NCBI GenBank assembly: GCA_046757665.1
Contig: JBHHYO010000001.1
Coordinates: 49,788-113,787, forward strand
Direction of reading: 5' to 3'
From: Nitrospinales bacterium
Lineage (GTDB): Bacteria; Nitrospinota; Nitrospinia; Nitrospinales; JAJDAT01
DNA: 64,000 nt
A model generated the notes under the pieces. The model made no database searches. It saw only the letters and a program-made list of their open reading frames with translations, and had not been told where the DNA came from. A program made the position numbers and the translations under genes. The first letter of the stretch is position 1; the number at the start of each line of letters is the position of its first letter. Below are positions 37,278-47,215 of the stretch, in pieces.

Positions 37278-38857
37278 GCCGGCGGGTCGGCAAGGATTTG
37301 CCGGACGCGCGCGGCGCGTTGGTGGTCCTTGAGTTTCAAGTAAAGCTTTTCGGCTTTCTTGAGGTGGAATGCAGACTTTTCCGGGTCGGGGATTTTGCCG
37401 TGGTATAAAATGCCCAGCATGTAATGGGCGTCGGCGAAGTCGGGCTTGATGCGTATGGCCTCTTCCAGGGTCCGGCAGGCCTCCGGATACCTCAACATGT
37501 CGAAATAAGCCATAGCCAGCGAGTAATTGGCTTGCAACGAATCGGGTTTCAGGGCGACGGCTTGCTTTAAAACTTCGGCGGCTTTCTCCAGTTGCGAGGA
37601 CGCGCGGTAGGCAAGGCCGAGGTAATAAAAAACGACGTGGTTCCTCGGATCCACCTCCATGGCTTCGCGCAGAGTGGTTATGGCGTCGCCGATTTCGTTT
37701 TGTTTCAGGTAGGACGCTCCCAGCGCGGTGTAGGCGTGGATGAAATCCGGTTTGATCCGGATAGCTTCCCGCAAGGCCCCGATAGCTTTGTCGATCCGGG
37801 GAACGCCCATGTCCTCCAGACTGCCGTAGGCGATGCCCATGTTGTACAAGGCGTCCGGGAAACGGGGCTTGTGATGAACGGCTTCGCGGTAGGCGTCGAC
37901 GGCGCCCTGGTAGCGCCCGAGGCGTTGCAGGCGCAGTCCCTCCTTCAGCCAGGTTTCGGCGATTTTTTCCTTGTCGGCAGACTCGTTGGCGGGTCGCAGG
38001 ATTTGGTGGGCGAGACTGGCGCGGGGCAGATTGTTTTGCGTGACGAAAAATTTTTCGGCGCGCGCCAGGTACTTGGCGGCCCGTTTCGGGTTGCGCAGTT
38101 TTTTGATGTGCAGGGCGCCCAACTGGTAATACGCGCCGGCAAAGTCGGGTTTGGCGCTCACCGCTTCCTTGAAAGCCTGGCGCGCCGCGGCATGTAGGCC
38201 GAACTCGTTGTAGGCGTTGCCCAGCATGTAACAGGCATGGGCCAGGCAACGGTTTTTCCGGGTCTCCTCGTCGTGGCTGGGGATGGCGGGGTAGCGCCCC
38301 AGACGGTCGAGAACCAGTGTCAGCCAATGGTGCGCCAGGGCAAAGTCGGGGCTGATCGACACGGCTTGCTTGAAGGCGGCAAAAGCTTTCTTGTTTTTTC
38401 CGCTTCGCCAATAAGCGATACCCAGGTTGCAGTAAATCCGCGGGCAGTTGGGGTTGAGTCCGGCGGCCTTTTTATAATGCTCGATCTCTTCCTTGTGATT
38501 GCCCAGCGAGCCGCGGACAAAGCCTAAAAGATGCTGGGCGGGGTACGCCCGCGGGTCTTCCCGCAGGGCTTTTTCAAAAACCGCGGCGGCCTCCCGATTC
38601 CGGTTCTGAATGCAAAGCAGTATGCCTTCCTTGAACGTTTTCGGGTCGCGCCAGGGAAAGGGGAACATGTTTTTGAGGGTGTCCGCCAGCCGGAGGTCCG
38701 CTGTGTCCAATTCCGGGGTGCCGCCGGTTTTCGGACTTGCCGCTGGCCGGGTCTCTTGCAGTTCGGCGATCTTCCTCGCCATGGCCGGGTTTTTGTGCTT
38801 CAAGTCCTCGCCCAGCGTGGACAACGGGCCGCCGTCTCTGGCTTTCTTGCTTCGCAT
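37274..38857 (-). CDS. Tetratricopeptide repeat protein
   Basis: Many TPR units, e.g. AYREAVHHKPRFPDALYNMGIAY and LKQAVALKPDSLQANYSLAMAY. Start MRSKK at 38857 overlaps the pstB stop. Confidence 0.88.
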   Translation of the reverse strand: MRSKKARDGGPLSTLGEDLKHKNPAMARKIAELQETRPAASPKTGGTPELDTADLRLADTLKNMFPFPWRDPKTFKEGILLCIQNRNREAAAVFEKALREDPRAYPAQHLLGFVRGSLGNHKEEIEHYKKAAGLNPNCPRIYCNLGIAYWRSGKNKKAFAAFKQAVSISPDFALAHHWLTLVLDRLGRYPAIPSHDEETRKNRCLAHACYMLGNAYNEFGLHAAARQAFKEAVSAKPDFAGAYYQLGALHIKKLRNPKRAAKYLARAEKFFVTQNNLPRASLAHQILRPANESADKEKIAETWLKEGLRLQRLGRYQGAVDAYREAVHHKPRFPDALYNMGIAYGSLEDMGVPRIDKAIGALREAIRIKPDFIHAYTALGASYLKQNEIGDAITTLREAMEVDPRNHVVFYYLGLAYRASSQLEKAAEVLKQAVALKPDSLQANYSLAMAYFDMLRYPEACRTLEEAIRIKPDFADAHYMLGILYHGKIPDPEKSAFHLKKAEKLYLKLKDHQRAARVRQILADPPA

Positions 38858-39633
38858 CAGTTGCCTTGCTCGATATAGTCCTGCGTTTCCCGGCAACTGG
38901 GGTTGGCGAACAGGTCCGGTGTGCGGCCGGATTCGCAGACCCGCCCCTCGCACACAAAAACCGTTTCGTCGGAAACCCGCCGGGCCTGCTCCAGATTGTG
39001 AGTGACCAGGAGAATCGTATGTTTCTTCTTCAATGATACGATCAATTCTTCAATAACCCGTGACGATTTTGGGTCGAGGGCAGAGGTGGGCTCGTCCATC
39101 AACAGGGTCCGGGGCCTGACGATCAGGGCGCGGGCGATGGCGAGCCTTTGTTGCTGGCCCTGCGACAACGTATGGCCCGGCCGGCGAAGCCGGTCCTTGA
39201 CTTCGTCCCACAAAAACACTTCCCGCAGATACCGCTCGGCCAGGTCGGGAAACTCCTTGCGACGTTCCGGATGCAAGTATTTCAACCCGAAGACAACGTT
39301 GTCAAGGATGCTTTTCGGAAAGATGCAGGGTTTCTGGAACACCATTCCCACCTTGCGGCGTAGCCGGTTGACGTCTATACCGTTAGAGTAAATTTCGTTT
39401 CCATGGACGAAAACCCGGCCCTGGACGCGAAAGCCGTCGATCTTGTCGTTCATGCGGTTGAAAGTGCGGAGCAGTGTGGTCTTGCCGGACCCCGACGGGC
39501 CGATGATGCCGGTGACGGCGTGCGGACGGAACCGGCAGTGGATGTCTTGAAAAACGGCCTTGTCGTTAAAATGGATACTCACCCCGCGCATTTCCAGGGC
39601 GTTGGCTTGTTCGTTTTTGGGTTGCCCGTTCAT
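38857..39633 (-). CDS. pstB: Phosphate ABC transporter ATP-binding protein
   Basis: IGPSGSGKTTLLRTFNRMND, VGMVFQKP, LSQGQQQRLAIARAL, MDEPTSALDP, VTHNLEQARRVSD. Confidence 0.92.
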   Translation of the reverse strand: MNGQPKNEQANALEMRGVSIHFNDKAVFQDIHCRFRPHAVTGIIGPSGSGKTTLLRTFNRMNDKIDGFRVQGRVFVHGNEIYSNGIDVNRLRRKVGMVFQKPCIFPKSILDNVVFGLKYLHPERRKEFPDLAERYLREVFLWDEVKDRLRRPGHTLSQGQQQRLAIARALIVRPRTLLMDEPTSALDPKSSRVIEELIVSLKKKHTILLVTHNLEQARRVSDETVFVCEGRVCESGRTPDLFANPSCRETQDYIEQGN

Positions 39634-40478
39634 TGTTCCGCCTCCATGGGCGCCCGCGCGCGCAGGGCCAGCGAGCCGAGGATCAACACAAAGACCAGGG
39701 CCAGGAGCACCAGGCCCGCTCCCCAGGCATTTGTCAGGGCCTTGGGGTTCACGGCTTCCTGCGCCAGGACAAGGATATGGGTTTGCAACGTGGTCACGGG
39801 GTCGGTCCAGGAGTGAGGCAGTCGGACGCCTGAAAAGACCGTTGCCGTAAACATGATGGCGGCGGTTTCTCCACCGGCACGCGCCAATCCCAGAAGCGTC
39901 CCCGTTACGATGCCGAAAAAACTTTGCGGGACAATGATCGATTTGATTCCCTGCCAGGCCGACAGCCCCATCGCTATCCCGGCTTCCCGGTACCGGAGCG
40001 GCAGTGATTCGATGGCTTCCAGAATACTCATCTGCATGGTGGGCAGGATCATGACCGCGAGAATCAAAGTTCCCGTCAACCAGGAAACGCCTGTCTCCAG
40101 GAACACGCCGAAGAATATGTAACCGATCAGGCCGAAGATGATCGTGGGCACGCTGTTGAGCGAATACATCAGGAGCCGCAAAATTCGTTTAATGGGTTTT
40201 GAATCCAGGTACTCGGTTTGGAACAGCGCCGCGCCGAGGGCGATGGGCAGGCTGACCGCCGCCGCGCCCATCATCAGGATCAAGGTGCCGAGGGTCTGAT
40301 AAAAGATTCCGCCGCCGGCGCCGAAGTCGCGGGATTCCCGGGTCAGAAATGCCCAGTCGATGGCCGGGAGCCCCTTGGCGAAAACCGTTCCCAGAATAAC
40401 GACCGGCAGGGAGCAGGCGGCCAGCGTCAGTAAAAACAGGCCGCCAAGAGCGGCGCGTTCGCTCGTCCGGTTGCTCAT
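39630..40478 (-). CDS. pstA: Phosphate ABC transporter permease PstA
   Basis: GGGIFYQTLGT, VPTIIFGLIG, LAVMILP, LGLARAGGETAA. Confidence 0.9.
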   Translation of the reverse strand: MSNRTSERAALGGLFLLTLAACSLPVVILGTVFAKGLPAIDWAFLTRESRDFGAGGGIFYQTLGTLILMMGAAAVSLPIALGAALFQTEYLDSKPIKRILRLLMYSLNSVPTIIFGLIGYIFFGVFLETGVSWLTGTLILAVMILPTMQMSILEAIESLPLRYREAGIAMGLSAWQGIKSIIVPQSFFGIVTGTLLGLARAGGETAAIMFTATVFSGVRLPHSWTDPVTTLQTHILVLAQEAVNPKALTNAWGAGLVLLALVFVLILGSLALRARAPMEAEQ

Positions 40479-41341
40479 AACCGCGCCCGCCGCAAAAACA
40501 GGTTACCGGCAAGGGTCAGGCCCATCACCATGAGAAACAGGATCAGGCTCAACCCGACAAGGGCGCTCCAGTGCAGGTCCGAGCTCATGGCCTCGGCGGC
40601 CTCGCGTCCCAGTTTGGTCGGGATGCTTTGGGCGGGCGCAACGAGGTTGTACCAGGGTTGCGGAATGCGGTCAAGGCCGCCGATCACCAGCATCACCGCG
40701 ATGGTTTCGCCCATGGCGCGGCCCAGTCCCAGAAACACCGCGCCGACGATCCCCGGTAGCGCCCGCGGAGCCACCACGCGAAAAACCGTCGTTACGGGCG
40801 TCAAGCCCAGGCCCCAGGCGGTTTCCCGATATTCGCGGGGCACGGCCCGCAAGGCATCTTCCGAAAGGGTCATGATAGTCGGCAAAATCATGATGGCCAG
40901 CAATATCCCGGCGGTGAGAAGGGTGTTGCCGTCGATAAGGCCCAGGCTGTCGCGCACCAGGACGGTGAGAATGGAAACGCCGAGAAGACCGTAAATAATG
41001 CCCGGCACCCCGGCGAGTAGCTCCATCAGTGATTTAACACAGAGCCGGGAGCGGGACGACAAAAACTCGGCGGTGCAGACGGCGCTTCCGAGGGCGAAGG
41101 GCAACGCCAGAACCAGCGCCAGGCCCGTGACCATTACGGACCCGTAGATCATGGGCAGTGCGCCGTAAGCCTCGCCCACCAGCCAGTCGCCGCCGGTGAC
41201 GAACGACCATCCCTGAACCCGGAACACCGGGACGCTCTGAACAGCCAGGTAGAAAAAGAGAGTTCCCGCGCAGATGGCGGATACCATGGCCATGACGGTG
41301 GCAGTCCACCGCGCCGGTTCGAATTTAGCGGTTCGCCGCAT
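40475..41341 (-). CDS. pstC: Phosphate ABC transporter permease PstC
   Basis: YGALPMIYGS, ELLAGVPGIIYGLLG, AIMILPTIMTLSEDALRAVP, LGLGRAMGETIAV. Confidence 0.92.
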   Translation of the reverse strand: MRRTAKFEPARWTATVMAMVSAICAGTLFFYLAVQSVPVFRVQGWSFVTGGDWLVGEAYGALPMIYGSVMVTGLALVLALPFALGSAVCTAEFLSSRSRLCVKSLMELLAGVPGIIYGLLGVSILTVLVRDSLGLIDGNTLLTAGILLAIMILPTIMTLSEDALRAVPREYRETAWGLGLTPVTTVFRVVAPRALPGIVGAVFLGLGRAMGETIAVMLVIGGLDRIPQPWYNLVAPAQSIPTKLGREAAEAMSSDLHWSALVGLSLILFLMVMGLTLAGNLFLRRARL

Positions 41342-41487
41342 AACCGGTTTGCCCCACGATTTTCGTATGCCCTGAAAAAAATGTCAGCCCCATATTACAT
41401 GAATGGCCATAAATATGAAAGACCGTTCGGATAAGACGAAAGGAGGCGGCAAGCGGAAGGGCAGGGGGATAGAGCGGCGCTCTCTGT

Positions 41488-42396
41488 TTATTTTGGTTCC
41501 TCCGGGAGGGCGTTCATGATGGCGTAGGGCCGCGGACGGGAGGTATCGAGATTGTTTTCCTCGATGGATTTTAAAAATCCGGTTTGCGTGAAGTCATCTT
41601 CAAAAACAAACCCCGGCTGTTCGGCAAAGTCATCTTCCTTGTATGTGGCGGCGATATCTCTCATGGAAAGGCAACACGCCTGCGGGGGCGTCCAGTTCTC
41701 CGCGGCGGTCATCAAATCCCGGGAGGACATTTTTTCTTCCCTGTTGCAGGCAACCAGCGCCGTGGCGGTCCTCTCGGGGTCCTCGAAAAGATAAACCTGC
41801 CTGAACGCCCCGGTAAAGGTCCGCAAGTCATGCGGCTTGAGCAGGTTGCTCTTGCCGTAAAGGTTGGAAGCCACCACGCCGCCGGGCGACAGCAACCGGC
41901 AGATTTCCGCGTAAAATTGCAGGGTCTTTAAATGAAAAGGCACGGAGCCGCTTTTGAAGGCATCCAGCAGTACCATGTCATAAGCTTTCCGCCCGATTTT
42001 TTTTTGGACGAATAGCCTGCCGTCCTGGTCGTACACGCGGCAACGCGGCGTTTCCCGGAAAAAGAAATATTTTTTTGCCAGCTCAGTCACCCTGGAGTCG
42101 ATTTCTACAATGTCGATCTCGATTTCCGGATACAGGCCGGTCAGGAAGTTGGGGAACAACGCGCCCCCCAGGCCGATGACCAGGACCCGTTCGGGCCGGG
42201 GTTGAATCAGCAGGGAGGCCATCATCAGGTGGGAATAAATCATTATCGGTGAGTGAGGCCGGGTGACGTCGATGCGGCTTTGCAGAAAAAATTCCTTGCC
42301 GCCCTTGAACCACATCTCGCGGATATCGCCGTGTTGCAACACATAAATGTGGTTGAACCGGGTTTTCTTTTTGGCCAGAATTTGTGCTTTCGCCAT
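41488..42396 (-). CDS. Spermidine-synthase-like class I SAM-binding protein
   Basis: RVLVIGLGG, DIVEIDSRV, DGRLFV, YDMVLLDAF, PFHLKTLQFY. Confidence 0.82.
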   Translation of the reverse strand: MAKAQILAKKKTRFNHIYVLQHGDIREMWFKGGKEFFLQSRIDVTRPHSPIMIYSHLMMASLLIQPRPERVLVIGLGGALFPNFLTGLYPEIEIDIVEIDSRVTELAKKYFFFRETPRCRVYDQDGRLFVQKKIGRKAYDMVLLDAFKSGSVPFHLKTLQFYAEICRLLSPGGVVASNLYGKSNLLKPHDLRTFTGAFRQVYLFEDPERTATALVACNREEKMSSRDLMTAAENWTPPQACCLSMRDIAATYKEDDFAEQPGFVFEDDFTQTGFLKSIEENNLDTSRPRPYAIMNALPEEPK

Positions 42397-42647
42397 AAAA
42401 TCGCTTCCCGCAAAAATCGGGTTTTCAGCGGTATTTTACCGAAAAACGGCCCGGGTTTCTCAAAATAAATGGCAACGTTCGCTTGTATGGGCTTGAAAAC
42501 AAATAGTTTTAAATGCGGGGGTTCTATGTTAAATTGTTCACTATAGCAATTCGTTAAGCGCTCCCTTTCGCATTTTCGCGGGAGCCGGTCGAGCCGAGTC
42601 GGCTTGTCGATCAACCGTTTTTCCGGATACGCCGCAGGAGAAAACAG

Positions 42648-44309
42648 ATGCTTGAGAAAACCTTGAAACACAAAGTCGGCCTGGAACACCACGGTATCCG
42701 CAACACGGGCCGGATATTCTGGAATCTTCCGACTTCAAAACTTTACGAACATATCATTCAAAATAACGAGGGAGTCCTGTCTCATTTGGGGCCGGTGGTC
42801 GTCACGACGGGGGAACATACGGGGCGCGCTCCCAACGACAAGTTTATCGTCAAGGAACCTACCACCCAGGAAAATATCTGGTGGGGCGTCGTTAACAAGG
42901 CCTTTTCGCCGGAACAATTTGACGCCCTTTATTCGCGGGTGCTGGCCTATGTCCAGGGGAAAAATTTGTATGTTCAGGACTGTTATGCAGGCGCGGCTCC
43001 GGAGCATCGGCTTCATATTCGGGCGATCACGGAATTTGCCTGGCACAGCTTGTTTGCCCGCAACATGTTTATCCAGATTACCGAGCGCTCCAAGCTGGAG
43101 ACCTACAAACCGGCTTTCACCATTATTGATGTCCCCGGTTTCAAGGCGGTTCCGGCCATTGATGGGACCAACTCGGACGTGTTCGTCGTTATAGATTACG
43201 GCAGACAGCTTGTTCTGATCGGCGGAACCTCCTACGCGGGCGAGATCAAAAAATCCGTCTTCACCATTTTGAATTACCTGTTGCCCATGCAGTCGAAGGT
43301 GTTGTCCATGCACTGTTCCGCCAACATGGGCTCCGACGGCGACACGGCGGTTTTTTTCGGGCTTTCCGGGACGGGAAAGACCACCCTTTCCACCGACCCG
43401 AACCGCAAGTTGATCGGCGATGACGAGCACGGGTGGGACGATCAGGGCGTCTTCAATTTCGAAGGCGGTTGTTACGCCAAGGCGATTCGATTGTCCCGGG
43501 AGGCCGAGCCGGACATTTACCGGGTGACCCGTCTGTTTGGCACCATCCTGGAAAATGTGGTGCTCGATCCGGAGACCCGGCGGCTTGACCTCGACGATGC
43601 CAGCCTGACCGAAAACACCCGTGCCTCATATCCGCTGACTCATATCGAAAACGCGCAACTGTCGGGAATGGGCGGTCATCCGAAAAACGTCATTATGCTG
43701 ACTTGCGATGCCTTCGGCATCATGCCTCCGGTTTCAAAATTGACTCCCGAACAGGCCATGTACCATTTCCTTTCGGGATACACGGCAAAAGTTGCGGGAA
43801 CCGAAAAAGGCTTGAGCCGGGAGCCCACCGCCACTTTCAGCACCTGTTACGGAGCCCCTTTCATGGCCTTGCATCCCTCGGTTTACGCCAGTTTGCTGAG
43901 GGAAAAAATAGACAAGCATCAGGTCGACTGCTGGCTGGTGAACACCGGATGGACCGGCGGGTCTTATGGCGTGGGAAAAAGAATGTCCATCAATCACACG
44001 CGCACCATGATTCATGCCATTCTGAGCGGAGAGTTGAACCGGGTGCCCACAAAACCCGATCCGATCTTCGGCCTGCACATTCCGGAATCCTGCCGGGACG
44101 TACCCCGGGAACTGCTCAATCCGCGCAATACCTGGAAAACCCCCGCCGCCTATGACGCCAAGGCAAGGGAGTTGGCGGGCTTGTTCATTGAGCATTTCAA
44201 AAATTACCAGAATACGGTTGCCGCCGAAATCCAGTTGGCCGGGCCGAAAATCCCCAGCGCCGTGGCCGTGGGCAAGTCCCGGAGCAACATCAAAAAACTG
44301 AGAAAATGA
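42648..44309 (+). CDS. pckA: Phosphoenolpyruvate carboxykinase (ATP)
   Basis: TGRAPNDKFIV, YAGEIKK, MHCSAN, FGLSGTGKTTLS, LIGDDEHGW, FEGGCYAK, ENTRASYP. Confidence 0.97.
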   Translation: MLEKTLKHKVGLEHHGIRNTGRIFWNLPTSKLYEHIIQNNEGVLSHLGPVVVTTGEHTGRAPNDKFIVKEPTTQENIWWGVVNKAFSPEQFDALYSRVLAYVQGKNLYVQDCYAGAAPEHRLHIRAITEFAWHSLFARNMFIQITERSKLETYKPAFTIIDVPGFKAVPAIDGTNSDVFVVIDYGRQLVLIGGTSYAGEIKKSVFTILNYLLPMQSKVLSMHCSANMGSDGDTAVFFGLSGTGKTTLSTDPNRKLIGDDEHGWDDQGVFNFEGGCYAKAIRLSREAEPDIYRVTRLFGTILENVVLDPETRRLDLDDASLTENTRASYPLTHIENAQLSGMGGHPKNVIMLTCDAFGIMPPVSKLTPEQAMYHFLSGYTAKVAGTEKGLSREPTATFSTCYGAPFMALHPSVYASLLREKIDKHQVDCWLVNTGWTGGSYGVGKRMSINHTRTMIHAILSGELNRVPTKPDPIFGLHIPESCRDVPRELLNPRNTWKTPAAYDAKARELAGLFIEHFKNYQNTVAAEIQLAGPKIPSAVAVGKSRSNIKKLRK

Positions 44310-44360
44310 ACCTTGCGCGGGTTCACGGCAAGCCCTGCCGCTGACAGTTTCATTCCTTGG

Positions 44361-45410
44361 ATGAACCGCAAACCGAAAAACGTGTTGGAACCCTTGCCAC
44401 GCATTGCCATTACGATGGGAGACCCGGCCGGCATTGGCCCCGAAATCATCGTCAAGGCTTTCCGGGATGGAGAAATTTCGCGTTGCAGTCAAAGCCTGGT
44501 TGTGGGAGACGCGGCTTGCCTCGAGCAAGCGGCCGCGCGATACGGAGCGGCGTTGCGGATACTTCCCATTCATGACGCACGGCAGGCCCGCTTTGACGGG
44601 GCCGCCATCGAGGTGCTGGATTTGCGAAACGTCCCCGAAAACTTTCCCGTGGCACGAGCTACGGCCGAGGGCGGCAAGGCGTCAATGGAATATATTCGGA
44701 CGGCGGCGGACCTGGCCCTGCAAGACCGGGTCGATGCCATCACCACGGCTCCCATCAACAAAAAGGGAATCCACCTGGCGGGGTTCACATGCCCCGGTCA
44801 CACCGAGTTTCTGGCCGAATACACCCGCACCCGGGATTTCGCCCTGATGATGGCCGGACGCCGGCTTCGCGTCGTGCTCGTGACCAATCACATTCCCTTG
44901 CAAAAAGTGCCTGGGGCGATTGACAAAAACCTCGTGGCGCGCATCATACGCCTGACGCACCGCTGGCTTTCGCGGTTTGTTGCGCCATTCCCGAAAATCG
45001 CCGTTGCGGGCGTGAATCCGCATTGCGGCGAGGACGGTATTTTCGGCGAGGAAGAAAACGCCGCCATCGGTCCGGCGATCTCGGAAACGCAGTCGGAGGG
45101 AATCCAGGTAACCGGTCCCCATCCGGCGGACTCCCTGTTCCTTGAGGCCCGAAGCGAAAACTACGATGCCGTTATCGCCATGTATCATGATCAAGGGCTC
45201 GTTCCGGTGAAGATGGAATCCATGGGCCGCGCCGTCAACCTGACCCTGGGATTGCCCATCATCCGCACCTCCGTGGATCACGGGACGGCCTACGGCATTG
45301 TGGGCAGGGGAGAAGCTTCTCCGGAGTCGCTGATAGAAGCCGTCAAAACCGCGGCTTCCCTTTGCCGTCGGCGCGAGGAACTTTCTCCGCAACCCTGCAA
45401 GACCCGCTAG
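44361..45410 (+). CDS. pdxA: 4-hydroxythreonine-4-phosphate dehydrogenase
   Basis: TMGDPAGIGPEI, TAPINK, PGHTE, NPHCGE, MYHDQG, RTSVDHGTA. Confidence 0.95.
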   Translation: MNRKPKNVLEPLPRIAITMGDPAGIGPEIIVKAFRDGEISRCSQSLVVGDAACLEQAAARYGAALRILPIHDARQARFDGAAIEVLDLRNVPENFPVARATAEGGKASMEYIRTAADLALQDRVDAITTAPINKKGIHLAGFTCPGHTEFLAEYTRTRDFALMMAGRRLRVVLVTNHIPLQKVPGAIDKNLVARIIRLTHRWLSRFVAPFPKIAVAGVNPHCGEDGIFGEEENAAIGPAISETQSEGIQVTGPHPADSLFLEARSENYDAVIAMYHDQGLVPVKMESMGRAVNLTLGLPIIRTSVDHGTAYGIVGRGEASPESLIEAVKTAASLCRRREELSPQPCKTR

Positions 45411-45424
45411 GGCGAAGCCGAACG

Positions 45425-46213
45425 ATGAAAAAAAAAAGAAAATGGGGGCAAAACTTTCTGACCGATCCGTCAGCCGCCGGGCGAATCCTGGAGATCGCCG
45501 GTATTTCCCGCGACGATGCCGTTCTGGAAATCGGTCCTGGCAGGGGAATCCTCACGCAGGACCTGGTGCGCCGGGCGGGTGAATTGACGGCCCTGGAGAT
45601 CGACCCTAGGCTCTGCGCCGAACTGAAAAAGCGGTTCAGCGCCTTTCCCAATTTCCGCCTGTTGCAGGCGGATGCCTTGAAGTTCGACTACAGTTGCCTC
45701 GGCGACCGCTACAAGGTCGTCTCCAACCTGCCTTACTATGCCGCCACCCATATTTTGAAACGCCTGATTCATTATCGCGGTCGGATTGCCGACATGACGG
45801 TGATGTTGCAGAAGGAGGTCGTCGACCGCCTGACCGCGCGGCCCGGGCAGAAGGAGTATGGGTCGCTTTCGGTGTTCATCCAATACCATTGCCAGGTGGA
45901 GCGGGTTCTGGAAGTCAAGAAGGATGCTTTTTCCCCACCGCCCAGGATCGATTCCTCCGTCATCCGGCTCACCCCGCTGTCCCGGCCCAGAGTGAGCGTC
46001 GCCGATGAAAAGGCGTTCTTTCAAATTGTGCACGCGGCTTTTTTGCACAAACGGAAAATGTTGAAAAGCAACTTGAAGCAGTGGCAAAAACGCTATCAGG
46101 TGGAACAGGACCGGATTCGCCTGGCGGGAATTGATTTAAGCCGCCGCGGCGAGACACTTTCCCTTCAGGATTTTGCCGTCATCGCCAACCACATCAAGCC
46201 AGGCAACGGCTGA
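45425..46213 (+). CDS. rsmA: 16S rRNA m6,2A dimethyltransferase
   Basis: GQNFL, LEIGPGRG, SNLPY, MLQKEV, FSPPPRIDS, RKML. The pdxA-rsmA order is conserved. Confidence 0.95.
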   Translation: MKKKRKWGQNFLTDPSAAGRILEIAGISRDDAVLEIGPGRGILTQDLVRRAGELTALEIDPRLCAELKKRFSAFPNFRLLQADALKFDYSCLGDRYKVVSNLPYYAATHILKRLIHYRGRIADMTVMLQKEVVDRLTARPGQKEYGSLSVFIQYHCQVERVLEVKKDAFSPPPRIDSSVIRLTPLSRPRVSVADEKAFFQIVHAAFLHKRKMLKSNLKQWQKRYQVEQDRIRLAGIDLSRRGETLSLQDFAVIANHIKPGNG

Positions 46214-46235
46214 CCTCCCCCAGGTTTTTTCGTTA

Positions 46236-46264
46236 TTGTCTTGGCAAATTCATTTTGCTATCCT
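46236..46264 (+). promoter_or_regulatory. Predicted sigma70 promoter of the urease cluster
   Basis: TTGTCT (46236-46241), 17 bp, extended -10 TGcTATCCT (TATCCT at 46259-46264), then 7 nt to the ATG at 46272. Confidence 0.5.
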
Positions 46265-46271
46265 CCCCCTC

Positions 46272-47159
46272 ATGGAATCCAGCCGGTCCGCGGCCACGCG
46301 AAGCCGAGTTATGACGGACGCCAATGCCGACACATCCGGCGGCGGTTGGCGGGCCGCGTTGCGCCTGGGGTTTTCAAGTTTCAAGGAACGCACCATTCTT
46401 GACCGGCGGCAACACGAAGGGCCGCTGATGGTGCAAAGACCGTTTTATCCCGAACCCGGCGGCGTCTGTCATGTTTACATGCTACATCCGCCGGGAGGAG
46501 TGGTGGGCGGCGACCGCTTGCGGGTTGAGGTTGATGTCGGCCCGGACGCCCATGCCCTGGTGACGACGCCGGCGGCGGGAAAATTTTACCGTAGCGCCGG
46601 CGCGGAGGCTCAACAGCGTCAGATTCTGAACGTCTCTGCCGATGCAACCCTGGAGTGGTTCCCCCTGGAAAATATCTTTTATTCCGGGGCGCGGGTTGAG
46701 ACGACAACCCGGATTCACTTATCGACCGGCAGTCGGTTCATCGGTTGGGACATTTTGTGTCTGGGACGGCCTGCCTGCGGCGAGCGGTTTGAAAACGGTC
46801 GGATCGATCAACGATTGGAAATCTGGCGGGGCGATACACCTTTGCGGATCGAGCGTCTGTGCTTCGCGGGCAACGATCCGGTTCTCGATGCCCGGTGGGG
46901 AATGGCGGGATATCCGGTGATCGCCAGCATGGTCTGCGTTACGCCCCGCGAGGATTTGGCGGACAAGCTCAGGGAAATCAAAACCCGGCCCGGAGGCGAG
47001 GAAATGATTTCGGTCACCCGTCTCGACGGCCTGGTCATCTGCCGGTACCTGGGGCGCCATGTCGAACACGCCAGACAATATTTCATCGCCGCATGGGAAA
47101 TCCTGCGTCTTGCCGTACTGCGGCGAAAGGCCGTTATGCCGCGCATTTGGAGCACGTGA
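46272..47159 (+). CDS. ureD: Urease accessory protein UreD
   Basis: GPLMVQRPFYPE, LHPPGGVVGGD, TTPAAGKFYRS, LEWFPLENI, PRIWST. Start at 46272 or 46311. Confidence 0.93.
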   Translation: MESSRSAATRSRVMTDANADTSGGGWRAALRLGFSSFKERTILDRRQHEGPLMVQRPFYPEPGGVCHVYMLHPPGGVVGGDRLRVEVDVGPDAHALVTTPAAGKFYRSAGAEAQQRQILNVSADATLEWFPLENIFYSGARVETTTRIHLSTGSRFIGWDILCLGRPACGERFENGRIDQRLEIWRGDTPLRIERLCFAGNDPVLDARWGMAGYPVIASMVCVTPREDLADKLREIKTRPGGEEMISVTRLDGLVICRYLGRHVEHARQYFIAAWEILRLAVLRRKAVMPRIWST

Positions 47160-47215
47160 GGTTTGACCTTGCGGACGCCGCCGCGGCGGGCAACCATTGA
47201 ATCTAGGGGGATGCG

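Noticed and set aside
37278-38411. 673-aa ORF 36390..38411 suggesting a long N-terminal extension on the DAG kinase
   Set aside because: The extension is an alternative frame of the TPR gene with low-complexity R/P/G content. The kinase starts at the ATGA overlap at 37277.
46241-46260. TTGGCA...TTGC as a sigma54 promoter for ureD
   Set aside because: GG-to-GC spacing is 12 rather than 10. A sigma70 reading fits better.
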